64,000 nucleotides of DNA from Gemmatimonadota bacterium (GTDB lineage: Bacteria > Latescibacterota > UBA2968 > UBA8231). The stretch spans positions 32,001-96,000 of the forward strand of contig JAYPJE010000003.1 in NCBI GenBank assembly GCA_038128265.1. Direction: 5' to 3'. The translations under genes were made by a program, and so were the position numbers. The notes beneath the pieces were generated by a model. It worked only from the letters and a program-made list of their open reading frames with translations. It did not search any database and was not told the DNA's origin. Shown here piece by piece: positions 20,173 to 29,691 of the stretch; the first letter of the stretch is position 1, and each line of letters starts with the position of its first letter.

Positions 20173-21151
20173 ACGTGAAATGCTCTTTCGCGAAGCGATC
20201 GCCGAAGCCATGCGCGAGGAAATGCGGCGCGATGCTTCCGTCTTTCTCATTGGTGAAGACGTTGGTCCATCGGGTGGTATCTTCAAATGCTGCGAAGGTC
20301 TGTTCGACGAATTTGGACCGCAGCGCGTTCTCGATGCGCCGATTGCCGAAGCCGGCTATATTGGCCTTAGTGTCGGCGCCGCCATGACCGAAATGCGCCC
20401 TATCGCCGAGCTCATGTTCGGTGACTTTGCGCTGTTGGCAATGGACCAAATTGTCAATCAGGCGGCCAAGATCCGCTATATGACGGGTGGCCAGTGTAAG
20501 GTGCCGATGACCATTCGCCTGGCGATGGGCGCCGGACGCTCTTCGGCCGCCCAGCACTCACAGAGTCTACAGGCCATTTTCGCCCACGTGCCAGGGCTCA
20601 AGGTCGCCGTGCCCTCAACGCCGCGCGACGCTAAAGGCCTGCTCAAAAGCGCGATCCGCGACGACAACCCCGTGCTGTTTTTCGAAGACAAGATGATGTA
20701 TAACGACAAGGGCGCCGTGCCCGAGGAAGATGATTTTATCATTCCATTCGGGCAGGCCGAAGTAAAGCGAGCGGGCACCGACGCCACCATTGTCGCCACC
20801 TCGAGCATGGTGGCCGTCGCGCTGGCCGCAGCCGACCAACTGGCCCAAGAAGGCCTGGATGTCGAGGTCGTTGATCCGCGCACGCTGATGCCCTTAGACG
20901 AGGAAACAATTGTTGCATCGGTGCGCAAAACGGGGTATGCGCTCGTCGTCGACGAGGCGCCGCAGAGCTACGGCGCCACCGCTGAAATTGCGGCGCGCAT
21001 CGGCGAGCAAGCGTTCGATTACCTAGATGCGCCAGTCCTGCGTATTGGCGCAGCCGACCTGCCCATCCCCTTTAGCCCGCCGCTGGAATTTCCCACCATA
21101 CCCGATGTCGACCGCGTCGTCGGCGCAATTAAAGCGCAGCGGGGACGCTGA
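20165..21151 (+). CDS. TPP-dependent dehydrogenase E1 beta subunit (AcoB/PdhB family)
   Basis: IGEDVG, DAPIAE, AAQHSQS, PGLKV, DPRTL. Start ATG 20165 overlaps the alpha-subunit end. Confidence 0.93.
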   Translation: MPEREMLFREAIAEAMREEMRRDASVFLIGEDVGPSGGIFKCCEGLFDEFGPQRVLDAPIAEAGYIGLSVGAAMTEMRPIAELMFGDFALLAMDQIVNQAAKIRYMTGGQCKVPMTIRLAMGAGRSSAAQHSQSLQAIFAHVPGLKVAVPSTPRDAKGLLKSAIRDDNPVLFFEDKMMYNDKGAVPEEDDFIIPFGQAEVKRAGTDATIVATSSMVAVALAAADQLAQEGLDVEVVDPRTLMPLDEETIVASVRKTGYALVVDEAPQSYGATAEIAARIGEQAFDYLDAPVLRIGAADLPIPFSPPLEFPTIPDVDRVVGAIKAQRGR

Positions 21152-22068
21152 TGGCCAATCCAGTTTGTCTGATAAGCGGTTCGAGCAGCGGCATTGGCGC
21201 AGCAACAGTGGAACACTTTGCGCGCCACGGCTACGACGTGGTGGTCAACTACAATTCTGGCCGCGAGCGCGGTGAGGCCGTCGCCGAGCGCATTCGCAGC
21301 GAGTGCGGCGTGCAGGCGCTGGTGATAGGCGCCGACCTGTCGCAACCGGAAGCGGCGTTTTCCCTCGTCGACCAAACCTATCAGCACTTTGGCCGCCTAG
21401 ACGTGAGCATCAGCAACAGCGGCGTGGCCAATTACATTAAAGACGAAGCGGGCAACCTACTGCGCTACCCCTTCCGCGACACGCCGGTCGAACACCTCGA
21501 CCGGGAGATGGAGCGCGTGCTATCGCTCAATCTCATGGGTGCCTATCGCCTCGCACAGCGCTCGCTCCACTATATGATCGAACAGGCAGAGGCGGAAGCG
21601 GCCCGCGGCGAAACGGCGCGCCATCGCAGCATTCTCTTTGTGACCTCCATATCGGATATCGCGCCCGAGACCACGCGCATTCCCTACGGAGTGAGCAAAT
21701 CCGGGCTCAATCACGCCATTCTCGGCGCCGCGCTCGACGGCGGTCCGCACAACGTCACCGTTAACGGCCTGCGCCCCGGCGTCGTCGATACCCCACTGAC
21801 CGCTCGCCCCTCCGGTGTCTGCGACCCCGTTGACGGGCACGAGTATACCGTAGCCGAGACCTATGGCCTGATGGCCGAAGGGGGCGCTCAGCCCATCCGC
21901 CGCATCGGCACGCCGGAAGACATTGCCCACGCGGCATACGCCTTTTGCCAGATTCCCTATATGACCGGCCAGCTAGTCGCCGTCGACGGCGGCTTTACTC
22001 TGGCTGGCACCTTTGCCAACCGCGCGCTCTTTCTACAGGAAGGCCTTCGGCTCCGCCAGCAGGCCTAG
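21151..22068 (+). CDS. Short-chain dehydrogenase/reductase
   Basis: SGSSSGIG, YGVSK, PGVVDT and VDGG motifs; shares one base with the E1 beta stop codon. Confidence 0.9.
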   Translation: MANPVCLISGSSSGIGAATVEHFARHGYDVVVNYNSGRERGEAVAERIRSECGVQALVIGADLSQPEAAFSLVDQTYQHFGRLDVSISNSGVANYIKDEAGNLLRYPFRDTPVEHLDREMERVLSLNLMGAYRLAQRSLHYMIEQAEAEAARGETARHRSILFVTSISDIAPETTRIPYGVSKSGLNHAILGAALDGGPHNVTVNGLRPGVVDTPLTARPSGVCDPVDGHEYTVAETYGLMAEGGAQPIRRIGTPEDIAHAAYAFCQIPYMTGQLVAVDGGFTLAGTFANRALFLQEGLRLRQQA

Positions 22069-22098
22069 CGCATTAAGCAATACGCCCCCATCGAACGC

Positions 22099-22136
22099 AA
22101 AACGCCGCCGATGCCCGCCGGCATCGGCGGCTTTTT
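22099..22136. terminator. Terminator between convergent genes, probably bidirectional
   Basis: 12-bp stem GCCGCCGATGCC / GGCATCGGCGGC with T5 after and A4 just before. Confidence 0.85.
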
Positions 22137-22152
22137 GCTCCATTTCCACTGC

Positions 22153-22905
22153 TCAGTGCTCTTTGATGCTACCGACCTGAATCTCGATTTCTTCGCGATT
22201 GGCCACGCGCTCGAGCATGCCGTCGCGGATCCACGCCATGCGATCGGCCGCCGTTAGCATCTTATCGTCGTGGGTCACGGTAATAATCGTCGTGCCCATC
22301 TCCTGCTGCAGATTCTTCATATAGTTAATGATCTCTTGCCCGGTATTGCTGTCCAAATTACCCGTCGGCTCGTCGGCCAAAATAATGCGCGGCTTGTTTA
22401 CAAACGCACGCGCTATGGCCACGCGCTGCTGCTGACCGCCAGACAGCTCGGAGGGAATGTGGTGGGCGCGCTCGCCCAAGCCGACGATTTCCAAACACTC
22501 CATGGCGCGCTTTTCGCCTTCCTCGGTGCTCATTCCGGCAAAAACCGTCGGCAGCGCCACATTCATCAGCGCACTCATAACGGGCAGCAGGTTGTAGGTC
22601 TGAAAGATATAGCCCAGCTCAAAGCAGCGCACCGCCGCCAGCTGCTGGGGGCTCAGGGCCGCCAGATTGACTCCGTCAATGCGCACCTCGCCCCCCGTCG
22701 GGGTCTGCAAGGCACCTATCATATTGAACAGCGTGCTCTTGCCCGATCCGGAAGGGCCCATGATCGCAAAAAACTCGTTCTCGTACACCTCAACCGACAA
22801 ACCGCGCAACGCGTGCACGTGAGTCGACTCGTCGCGACTCTTGGAGTTGTACACCATTTTCACGTCCTGAACATCGACGATGACGCTGCGTCCGGTCCCA
22901 GACAT
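22153..22905 (-). CDS. ABC transporter ATP-binding protein (LolD/MacB-type)
   Basis: [37 protein letters not shown]. Start trimmed to ATG 22905. Confidence 0.93.
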   Translation of the reverse strand: MSGTGRSVIVDVQDVKMVYNSKSRDESTHVHALRGLSVEVYENEFFAIMGPSGSGKSTLFNMIGALQTPTGGEVRIDGVNLAALSPQQLAAVRCFELGYIFQTYNLLPVMSALMNVALPTVFAGMSTEEGEKRAMECLEIVGLGERAHHIPSELSGGQQQRVAIARAFVNKPRIILADEPTGNLDSNTGQEIINYMKNLQQEMGTTIITVTHDDKMLTAADRMAWIRDGMLERVANREEIEIQVGSIKEH

Positions 22906-22975
22906 AGCTGCTTTACCTTCCCACACTCGATATGTGATTACGTCAGTTCTACCCCATACGGAAACAAACGGCTCC

Positions 22976-23004
22976 AATCTAAGGATGGGGCGACGCCAAG
23001 TCAA
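22976..23004 (-). promoter_or_regulatory. Sigma-70-type promoter for the ABC ATPase
   Basis: TTGACT-17 nt-TAGATT on the minus strand. Confidence 0.55.
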
Positions 23005-23124
23005 CTAGGGTCCGTGCCCGTCGCATGCAACGAATACTGCCATCTAATCGCCCTATTCTGCCGCAATTTGCAGCAAAAATTAAACAACTGATCAAACATG
23101 CCGATAGTATCAACAAGAAATAAC

Positions 23125-23154
23125 TTGACTCTAAACATTACTATTTAGTATAAT
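23125..23154 (+). promoter_or_regulatory. Sigma-70-type promoter with palindromic spacer
   Basis: TTGACT-18 nt-TATAAT; the spacer is CTAAA-N8-TTTAG. Confidence 0.7.
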
Positions 23155-23221
23155 ACCACAGATTGATCCCTGACGGTTGGGAAACGCGCCTATAAAGCGC
23201 TTCCCACACGAGGAGAGCACC

Positions 23222-23908
23222 ATGACAGAGAGTGAACAACTCATTGATATACAAGAAGTTGCGGATACTTTTGGCAAATCAGTCGAATCGATCCGTAAAT
23301 ACAAAAACTTCGGCATAATCCGGGTCTCCGACAAACGCGGCAACAAAGATCTATTTGATCGCGGAGAGATCATGGAAATTCGCGGACGCCTGCGCGAATT
23401 GCGCCTCAAAGGCCTGTCCCTAGCCCAGATAGCCGACCAGCTCGATCTGGCCCGCGCCGAAGAGTTGGGCGTCGAAGTCCCATCCCAGCTGACTCCGGGC
23501 CAGCCGCCCGCCGTCGAAGCCGGTAAACCGCTAAAGGTGCTACTGGTCGATGATGAGACGGAAGTCCGCGCCGGCTTGCGCGAGTTCCTCGAAGGCCTCG
23601 ACTACGCCATCTGCGAAGCGGCCGACGGCGAAGAAGCACTGGCCAAGACGTTCACGGAAAAGCCCCACCTGATCCTGCTGGATCTGCGCCTTCCCAAACT
23701 GGACGGCTACCAGGTCTGCCAGACGCTCAAGGGCAACCCCATTACTTCGGGGATTCCGATCATTATGGTCAGCGCGCTCAACTCGGCACCCAACAGGATA
23801 AAGGGCATCGAGCACGGAGCAGACGACTACGTCGACAAGCCCTTTGACTTAGAAGAGCTAGCCGCGCGCATCAAAATGGTCACCCGGCGCCTCGGCATCG
23901 GTGTCTGA
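23222..23908 (+). CDS. MerR-type HTH fused to C-terminal response-regulator receiver domain
   Basis: IQEVA...SIRKY...GII...GLSLAQI, then VLLVDD, LILLDLRLP, VSA, GADDYVDKPF. ATG 23222 has a GAGGAG RBS. Confidence 0.85.
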   Translation: MTESEQLIDIQEVADTFGKSVESIRKYKNFGIIRVSDKRGNKDLFDRGEIMEIRGRLRELRLKGLSLAQIADQLDLARAEELGVEVPSQLTPGQPPAVEAGKPLKVLLVDDETEVRAGLREFLEGLDYAICEAADGEEALAKTFTEKPHLILLDLRLPKLDGYQVCQTLKGNPITSGIPIIMVSALNSAPNRIKGIEHGADDYVDKPFDLEELAARIKMVTRRLGIGV

Positions 23909-24106
23909 GGATCCATCTTCCTCTAGGTCGACAAAGTGCTCGACGTGGCCACACTGCGAGCAGATATAAACCGCTGCTGACACTTCGCGCACGCGTCCAT
24001 CCCGGTCGTTGTACAGGCGATACACGGCCGCAGGCACGGGGTATGCCTCTTCGAAGTCCTGGCCGCCACACTGGCCGCAGCTAACGGTAAAATCGCCTTC
24101 ATACAT
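23858..24106 (-). CDS. Small zinc-ribbon protein (putative)
   Basis: CGQCG...ICSQCGHVEHF gives two CxxC knuckles; G-rich RBS upstream. The 3' end overlaps the convergent regulator by 51 nt. Confidence 0.6.
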   Translation of the reverse strand: MYEGDFTVSCGQCGGQDFEEAYPVPAAVYRLYNDRDGRVREVSAAVYICSQCGHVEHFVDLEEDGSSDTDAEAPGDHFDARG

Positions 24107-24272
24107 GGGCAACCGCCCCCCTAGCGGGACGAGCGGCGTCCCGCATACTCCGGTGTGCAGACGCCGCTCGTCCTGTATTGGTCTCTTGCATACACACTCT
24201 CTCCTTGCATATTTTCAAAAACGTCCCTGGGCCGCCCTCTGCGGCCCTCCCATATTCTTCACGGTAGGTGCT

Positions 24273-25397
24273 ATGCAAACGCCACAAGTAGGCCGCTTCG
24301 TCCTCGTTGCTCTATTGGCCCTAAGCAGCGCGCTGCACGCCCAAGAAGCACAGAATAGCGAGCGCCACGAATTTCGCATTGAAGCCTTTGTCCAAGACCT
24401 AGGTATCCCCTGGGGCATGGCCTTTCTGCCCGACGGACGCCTGCTCATCAGCGAACGCGAGGGGCGCTTGCGCATCGCCGACGCCAATGGCCAGCTTTCC
24501 GCCCCGCTGGACAACGTGCCGCCCGTGCGCGCCGAAGGCCAGGGTGGCCTGCTCGACGTCGCCCTGCACCCGCAGTATGCCGACAACGGCTGGATCTATA
24601 TCTCGTACTCGCAGTTGCGCAGCGACGGCGACAGCTTTACCGCCATCGCGCGGGGCCAATTGGAGGGCAATGCGCTGACCAATGTCAAGCTGATCTACCA
24701 GGGACCGAGCGACGATTTCTCGGGACATGCCCACCACTACGGATCGCGCATCATTTTTGACGCCGACAACTACCTGTTTTTCTCCGTCGGCGACCGCGGC
24801 CAGCGCCCCGAAGCCCAGCTGCTGACGACGGCCAACGGCAAAATCCACCGTCTGCACGACGACGGGCGCATTCCCGAAGACAACCCCTTTGTCGGCCGGG
24901 ATGACGCTCTGCCCACCATCTGGTCGTATGGCCATCGAAATCCGCAGGGACTGGCCATCCACCCGCAGACGGGCGAAATCTGGGAAACAGAGCACGGACC
25001 GCGCGGCGGCGACGAATTAAACCGCATTGTCAAAGGGGAGAACTTCGGCTGGCCCGCCATCACCTACGGCATCAACTACAACGGCACGCCCATAACCGAC
25101 AAGACGCACGGCGAAGGCATGCTGCAGCCCCACTACTACTGGCTGCCCTCCATCGGAGTGTGCGCCATTGAATTTTACGAAGGCGATGCCTTTTCGCGCT
25201 GGCGCGACAACCTGCTGGTTGCCTCGCTGGCCTTCGGCAGACTGCATCGCCTGCAGCTGGAAGAGGGACGCGTCCTGCACGACGAAATCGTCTTCGAGAG
25301 CGGACGCCTGCGCGACATAGAGACCGGACCCGACGGCCTGGTCTATCTGGCACTGGAAAAACCAGGACGTATCGTCCGCCTCGTGCCGGCCGACTAA
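24273..25397 (+). CDS. PQQ-dependent soluble aldose sugar dehydrogenase (YliI/GdhB family)
   Basis: Signal peptide; PWGMAFLPDG, GQGGLLDV, YGHRNPQG, EHGPRGGDELN, GRLRD. Start trimmed to ATG 24273. Confidence 0.92.
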   Translation: MQTPQVGRFVLVALLALSSALHAQEAQNSERHEFRIEAFVQDLGIPWGMAFLPDGRLLISEREGRLRIADANGQLSAPLDNVPPVRAEGQGGLLDVALHPQYADNGWIYISYSQLRSDGDSFTAIARGQLEGNALTNVKLIYQGPSDDFSGHAHHYGSRIIFDADNYLFFSVGDRGQRPEAQLLTTANGKIHRLHDDGRIPEDNPFVGRDDALPTIWSYGHRNPQGLAIHPQTGEIWETEHGPRGGDELNRIVKGENFGWPAITYGINYNGTPITDKTHGEGMLQPHYYWLPSIGVCAIEFYEGDAFSRWRDNLLVASLAFGRLHRLQLEEGRVLHDEIVFESGRLRDIETGPDGLVYLALEKPGRIVRLVPAD

Positions 25398-25403
25398 CAT
25401 CGC

Positions 25404-25453
25404 TCCGCCTCTTTGCACACCCTCCCGTCTGGGGGCATGTGCAAAGAGGCGGA
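25404..25453. repeat. 16-bp perfect inverted repeat (stem-loop) between convergent genes
   Basis: TCCGCCTCTTTGCACA ... TGTGCAAAGAGGCGGA; no U-tract on either strand. Confidence 0.8.
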
Positions 25454-25459
25454 TACGCG

Positions 25460-27445
25460 CTAGGCCTCTTTGAGGCGCGTTATTTCATCGCGCAAATGGG
25501 CCGCCTTTTCAAAGTCCAGCTTGGCAGCGGCTGCCTTCATCTGCTTTTCCAAATCAGCCAATAGCTCTTCGACGTTTTCCGACCCATCGTATTCTACCTT
25601 CTCTTCTGCCACCACCGAACTGGCCGCACCGCGCACGCTCTCCAGCACAGAAGAAGCCTGGAGAATCTCTTCGCGACTGCGGTAAATGGTCTCCGGCACG
25701 ATGCCGTGCTCGGCGTTAAACGCCTCCTGCTTTTCGCGCCGGCGGTTGGTCTCGTCGATAGCCCGCTGCATGGAGTTGGTCACGCGATCGGCGTAGAAAA
25801 TTACGCGCCCATCGGCGTTGCGCGCAGCGCGACCAATCGTCTGTATAAGCGCCTGTTCCGAGCGCAAAAAGCCCTCCTTGTCGGCGTCGAGAATGGCCAC
25901 CAGCGACACCTCGGGCAGATCCAACCCCTCGCGCAGCAGGTTGATACCCACCAGCACGTCAAAGGCCCCCAGGCGCAGGTCGCGCAGAATTTCAACGCGG
26001 TCGAGCGTATCGATGTCGGAGTGCAGATAGCGCACGCGCACGTCCATCTGCTCCAAGTAGTCCGTCAAGTTTTCCGCCATGCGCTTGGTCAGCGTCGTAA
26101 CCAGCACGCGCTCCTGGCGCTCGGCGCGCCGGCGGATCTCTTCCATCAGATCGTCGATTTGCCCCGCCAATGGACGCACGTCGATCTGCGGATCGACTAG
26201 CCCCGTTGGACGGATAACCTGCTCGACGATCACGCCGCCCGATTTTTTCAGCTCGTAGTCGCTCGGCGTGGCCGACACAAAGACCGTCCAGCCCATCTGC
26301 CCTTCGAATTCCTCAAATACCAGCGGACGGTTGTCAAAGGCCGACGGCAGGCGGAAACCGTGTTCGATCAGCGTTTCCTTGCGCGAGCGGTCACCGCGCC
26401 ACATACCACGCACCTGTGGAACCGTCACGTGGGATTCGTCGATGATCAGCAGATAGTCGTCGGGAAAGTAGTCCAACAGCGTCCACGGCTGGGCACCGGC
26501 TTCGCGCCCATCCATATAGCGCGTGTAGTTTTCGATTCCGGGACAAAAGCCCACTTCCTTAATCATCTCGACGTCGTATTTAGTGCGCGTTTCCAGCCGG
26601 TGCGCCTCCACCAGCTTCTCATTGCCGCGCAAGTCGAGCACGCGCCCCTCTAATTCCGTGAGAATGCCATCACAGGCGCGCTCTACCTGCTCATCGCCCG
26701 TCACGTAGGCCTTGGCCGGAAAGAGCGCGGCATATTCGCGCTGCTCCAAAGTCTCGCCCGTTAGCGCATCAACGATGGAAATTGCATCCACCTCGTCGCC
26801 AAATAGCTCAATGCGCAGCGCCTTGTCTTCCGAAGCGGGCACGACTTCGATAACGTCGCCGCGCACGCGAAAACAGCCGCGCTGCAGTTCGAGATCGTTG
26901 CGCCTGTAGTAAATATCAATCAGGTGGCGCAGAATTTCGTCCCGTTCGACCACATCGCCCCGGCGCAGTTCGAACTTCTGGCTATCGTAGTCCTTGGGCG
27001 CACCAATGCCGTAAATGCAGGAGACGGTGGCCACAATCACCACGTCGCGCCGCTGCAGCAACGACGAGATCGACTTGAGCCGCAGGCGATCTATTTCCTC
27101 GTTGAGCTGCACCTCTTTTTCTATGTAGGTGTCCGTGCTCGGCTTGTAGGCTTCCGGCTGGTAGTAATCGTAGTAGCTGACAAAGTATTCGACCGCATTG
27201 TTGGGAAAATAGCCCCGAAATTCGCCGTAGAGCTGAGCGGCCAGCGTCTTGTTGTGCGAGATGATCAGGGCCGGCATCTGCAGCTCCTGAATCACATTGG
27301 CCATGGTGAAGGTCTTGCCGCTGCCGGTGACGCCAAGCAGCGTTTGAAACTGCTGCCCCTCGCGGATGCCGCCAGTTAATTCACCGATGGCGCGCGGCTG
27401 GTCACCGCGCGGTTTGTAGTCGGATATGAGCTCAAAGCGATCCAT
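25460..27445 (-). CDS. uvrB: Excinuclease ABC subunit B
   Basis: [32 protein letters not shown] and C-terminal UVR domain. Confidence 0.99.
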   Translation of the reverse strand: MDRFELISDYKPRGDQPRAIGELTGGIREGQQFQTLLGVTGSGKTFTMANVIQELQMPALIISHNKTLAAQLYGEFRGYFPNNAVEYFVSYYDYYQPEAYKPSTDTYIEKEVQLNEEIDRLRLKSISSLLQRRDVVIVATVSCIYGIGAPKDYDSQKFELRRGDVVERDEILRHLIDIYYRRNDLELQRGCFRVRGDVIEVVPASEDKALRIELFGDEVDAISIVDALTGETLEQREYAALFPAKAYVTGDEQVERACDGILTELEGRVLDLRGNEKLVEAHRLETRTKYDVEMIKEVGFCPGIENYTRYMDGREAGAQPWTLLDYFPDDYLLIIDESHVTVPQVRGMWRGDRSRKETLIEHGFRLPSAFDNRPLVFEEFEGQMGWTVFVSATPSDYELKKSGGVIVEQVIRPTGLVDPQIDVRPLAGQIDDLMEEIRRRAERQERVLVTTLTKRMAENLTDYLEQMDVRVRYLHSDIDTLDRVEILRDLRLGAFDVLVGINLLREGLDLPEVSLVAILDADKEGFLRSEQALIQTIGRAARNADGRVIFYADRVTNSMQRAIDETNRRREKQEAFNAEHGIVPETIYRSREEILQASSVLESVRGAASSVVAEEKVEYDGSENVEELLADLEKQMKAAAAKLDFEKAAHLRDEITRLKEA

Positions 27446-27466
27446 TTATTCTCCCCAGTGCAGCTG

Positions 27467-27495
27467 AATCTAGCCGGCCCATACCGGCTTGTCAA
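27467..27495 (-). promoter_or_regulatory. Sigma-70-type promoter of uvrB
   Basis: TTGACA-17 nt-TAGATT, about 20 nt upstream of the ATG; dyad AGCCGG-N6-CCGGCT covers the spacer. Confidence 0.7.
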
Positions 27496-27644
27496 CACAG
27501 CACCTGCCATGCGCATACCAACCCATAAACAGACATAATGTCACAATCGTAAGTAATTATGACATTGCTACCCATCTAAGACTGGCCGGACAGAATTCAA
27601 ATTAAGCCATTAAAAAACAATATATTAAAAACCATTCGGCCATT

Positions 27645-27660
27645 TGGTACACTCCTTGCT
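27645..27660 (+). promoter_or_regulatory. Sigma-54 (-24/-12) promoter upstream of dnaK
   Basis: TGGTAC-ACTCC-TTGCT; GG and GC are exactly 10 nt apart; IHF-like and enhancer-like sites upstream. Confidence 0.7.
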
Positions 27661-27708
27661 ATCCATAAGCAGTCCTATGATAATGACTGACTGAGAAAGG
27701 AATACACC

Positions 27709-29616
27709 ATGGGTAAGGTTATAGGCATCGATCTGGGCACGACCAACTCGTGTGTCGCCGTAATGGACGGCGGCAATCCCGAAGTTATTTCCAATGCGGA
27801 AGGCGGCCGCACGACCCCGTCGATGGTCGGCTTTGCCAAAGACGGCGAACGGCTGGTAGGCCAAACGGCCAAGCGCCAAGCCGTTACCAATCCGACCAAG
27901 ACCATCTTCTCGGTCAAGCGCTTTATGGGGCGGCGCTTTGACGAAGTAGAAACGGAGATCAACGAAGTTCCCTACACCGTGGCAAAAGGTTCACGCGACC
28001 AGGCCGTCGTGCAGATCGACGACAAGGAATACAATCCGCCGGAAATTTCGGCGATGATCCTCCAGAAGATGAAGCAGACGGCGGAAGATTTTTTAGGCCA
28101 GACCGTCGACCGCGCAGTAATCACCGTACCCGCCTACTTCAACGATTCACAGCGCCAAGCCACCAAAGACGCCGGCACGATCGCCGGTCTCGAAGTCATG
28201 CGCATCGTCAACGAGCCTACGGCCGCAGCACTGGCCTACGGACTGGACAAGGTTGGCAGCAACGAGAAGATCGCCGTGTACGACCTAGGCGGCGGCACGT
28301 TTGACATCTCCATACTGGAATTGGGCGATGGCGTATTCGAAGTCAAGTCCACCAACGGCGATACCCACCTGGGCGGCGACGATTTTGACCAGAAAATTAT
28401 CGACTGGCTCGCAGGGGAATTCCAAACGGCCGAAGGCATTGATTTGCGCAAAGACCCCATGGCCCTGCAGCGCCTTAAAGAGGCGGCGGAAAAAGCAAAG
28501 TGCGAGCTTTCCTCCTCTACGCAGACCGAGATTAATCTGCCCTTCATTACCGCCGACCAGTCGGGCCCCAAGCACCTGCAGACCAGCCTGAGTCGCGCCC
28601 AGTTTGAGCGCATCGTGGCCGACCTAGTCGAGCGCACCAAGAAACCCTGCATTCAAGCGCTCGCCGACGCCGAACTATCCGCTTCCGAGATTGACCAGGT
28701 TATTTTGGTCGGCGGCTCAACGCGTATGCCCAAAATTCAGGAGGCGGTTCGCGAAGTCTTTGGCAAAGAGCCGCACAGGGGCGTCAATCCGGACGAAGTT
28801 GTTGCGATGGGCGCCGCCATACAGGCCGGCGTGCTGGCGGGTGAAGTCGAAGACGTGCTGCTACTCGACGTAACGCCCCTATCGCTCGGCATCGAGACCA
28901 TGGGCGGCGTTATGACCAAGCTCATCGAGCGCAATACGACGATACCGACAAAGAAGAGCCAGGTCTTTTCCACCGCCTCCGACAATCAGCCCTCCGTCGA
29001 AGTACACGTGCTGCAAGGCGATCGCGAGTTTGCCAACGACAATCGCAGCTTGGGCCGCTTCCACCTCGACGGCATTCCCTCGGCACCGCGCGGCATGCCG
29101 CAGATCGAGGTGACCTTCGACATCGACGCCAACGGCATTCTCAACGTGTCGGCCAAGGATAAGGGCACCAACAAAGAGCAGTCCATTCGCATTGAGGCCT
29201 CGTCCGGCCTCGACCAGAGCGAGATCGAGCGCATGCAAAAGGACGCCGAAGCCCATGCAGGCGAGGACAAGCAGCGCCGCGAGACGGTCGATCGCCGCAA
29301 CGAAGCCGACCAGCTCGTCTACGCAACGGAAAAATCGCTCAGCGAACACGGCGACAAAATCTCTGAGGACGAGAAGAGCGCCGTCGAAGAAGCGCTTGGC
29401 GCCTTGAAAAAGGCGCTCGAGGACAACGATGATGAAGCGATCAAGAGCGGCTTGGAAACGCTCCAGCAGGCGTCGCATAAGCTGGCCGAAGCCATCTATA
29501 AGGATGCTCAGGCCCAACAGCAGGCCGAAGCCCCGAACGGCAACGCTGCGGCTGGTGGCGGCGACGACGGCGCGGTTGACGCCGATTACGAGGTCGTAGA
29601 AGACGACAAAAAATAG
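27709..29616 (+). CDS. dnaK: Chaperone DnaK (Hsp70)
   Basis: [40 protein letters not shown] tail. Confidence 0.99.
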   Translation: MGKVIGIDLGTTNSCVAVMDGGNPEVISNAEGGRTTPSMVGFAKDGERLVGQTAKRQAVTNPTKTIFSVKRFMGRRFDEVETEINEVPYTVAKGSRDQAVVQIDDKEYNPPEISAMILQKMKQTAEDFLGQTVDRAVITVPAYFNDSQRQATKDAGTIAGLEVMRIVNEPTAAALAYGLDKVGSNEKIAVYDLGGGTFDISILELGDGVFEVKSTNGDTHLGGDDFDQKIIDWLAGEFQTAEGIDLRKDPMALQRLKEAAEKAKCELSSSTQTEINLPFITADQSGPKHLQTSLSRAQFERIVADLVERTKKPCIQALADAELSASEIDQVILVGGSTRMPKIQEAVREVFGKEPHRGVNPDEVVAMGAAIQAGVLAGEVEDVLLLDVTPLSLGIETMGGVMTKLIERNTTIPTKKSQVFSTASDNQPSVEVHVLQGDREFANDNRSLGRFHLDGIPSAPRGMPQIEVTFDIDANGILNVSAKDKGTNKEQSIRIEASSGLDQSEIERMQKDAEAHAGEDKQRRETVDRRNEADQLVYATEKSLSEHGDKISEDEKSAVEEALGALKKALEDNDDEAIKSGLETLQQASHKLAEAIYKDAQAQQQAEAPNGNAAAGGGDDGAVDADYEVVEDDKK

Positions 29617-29632
29617 TCCCCGTCAGAACGCG

Positions 29633-29669
29633 TGCGGGGGATGCCATATGGCATCCCCCGCATTTTTTT
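29633..29669 (+). terminator. Rho-independent terminator of dnaK
   Basis: TGCGGGGGATGCCA / TGGCATCCCCCGCA followed by T7. Confidence 0.9.
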
Positions 29670-29691
29670 GCCGCATGCTGCGCACTCTGAC

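Noticed and set aside
27500..27708. CIRCE (HrcA) operator before dnaK
   Set aside because: No TTAGCACTC-N9-GAGTGCTAA match seen.
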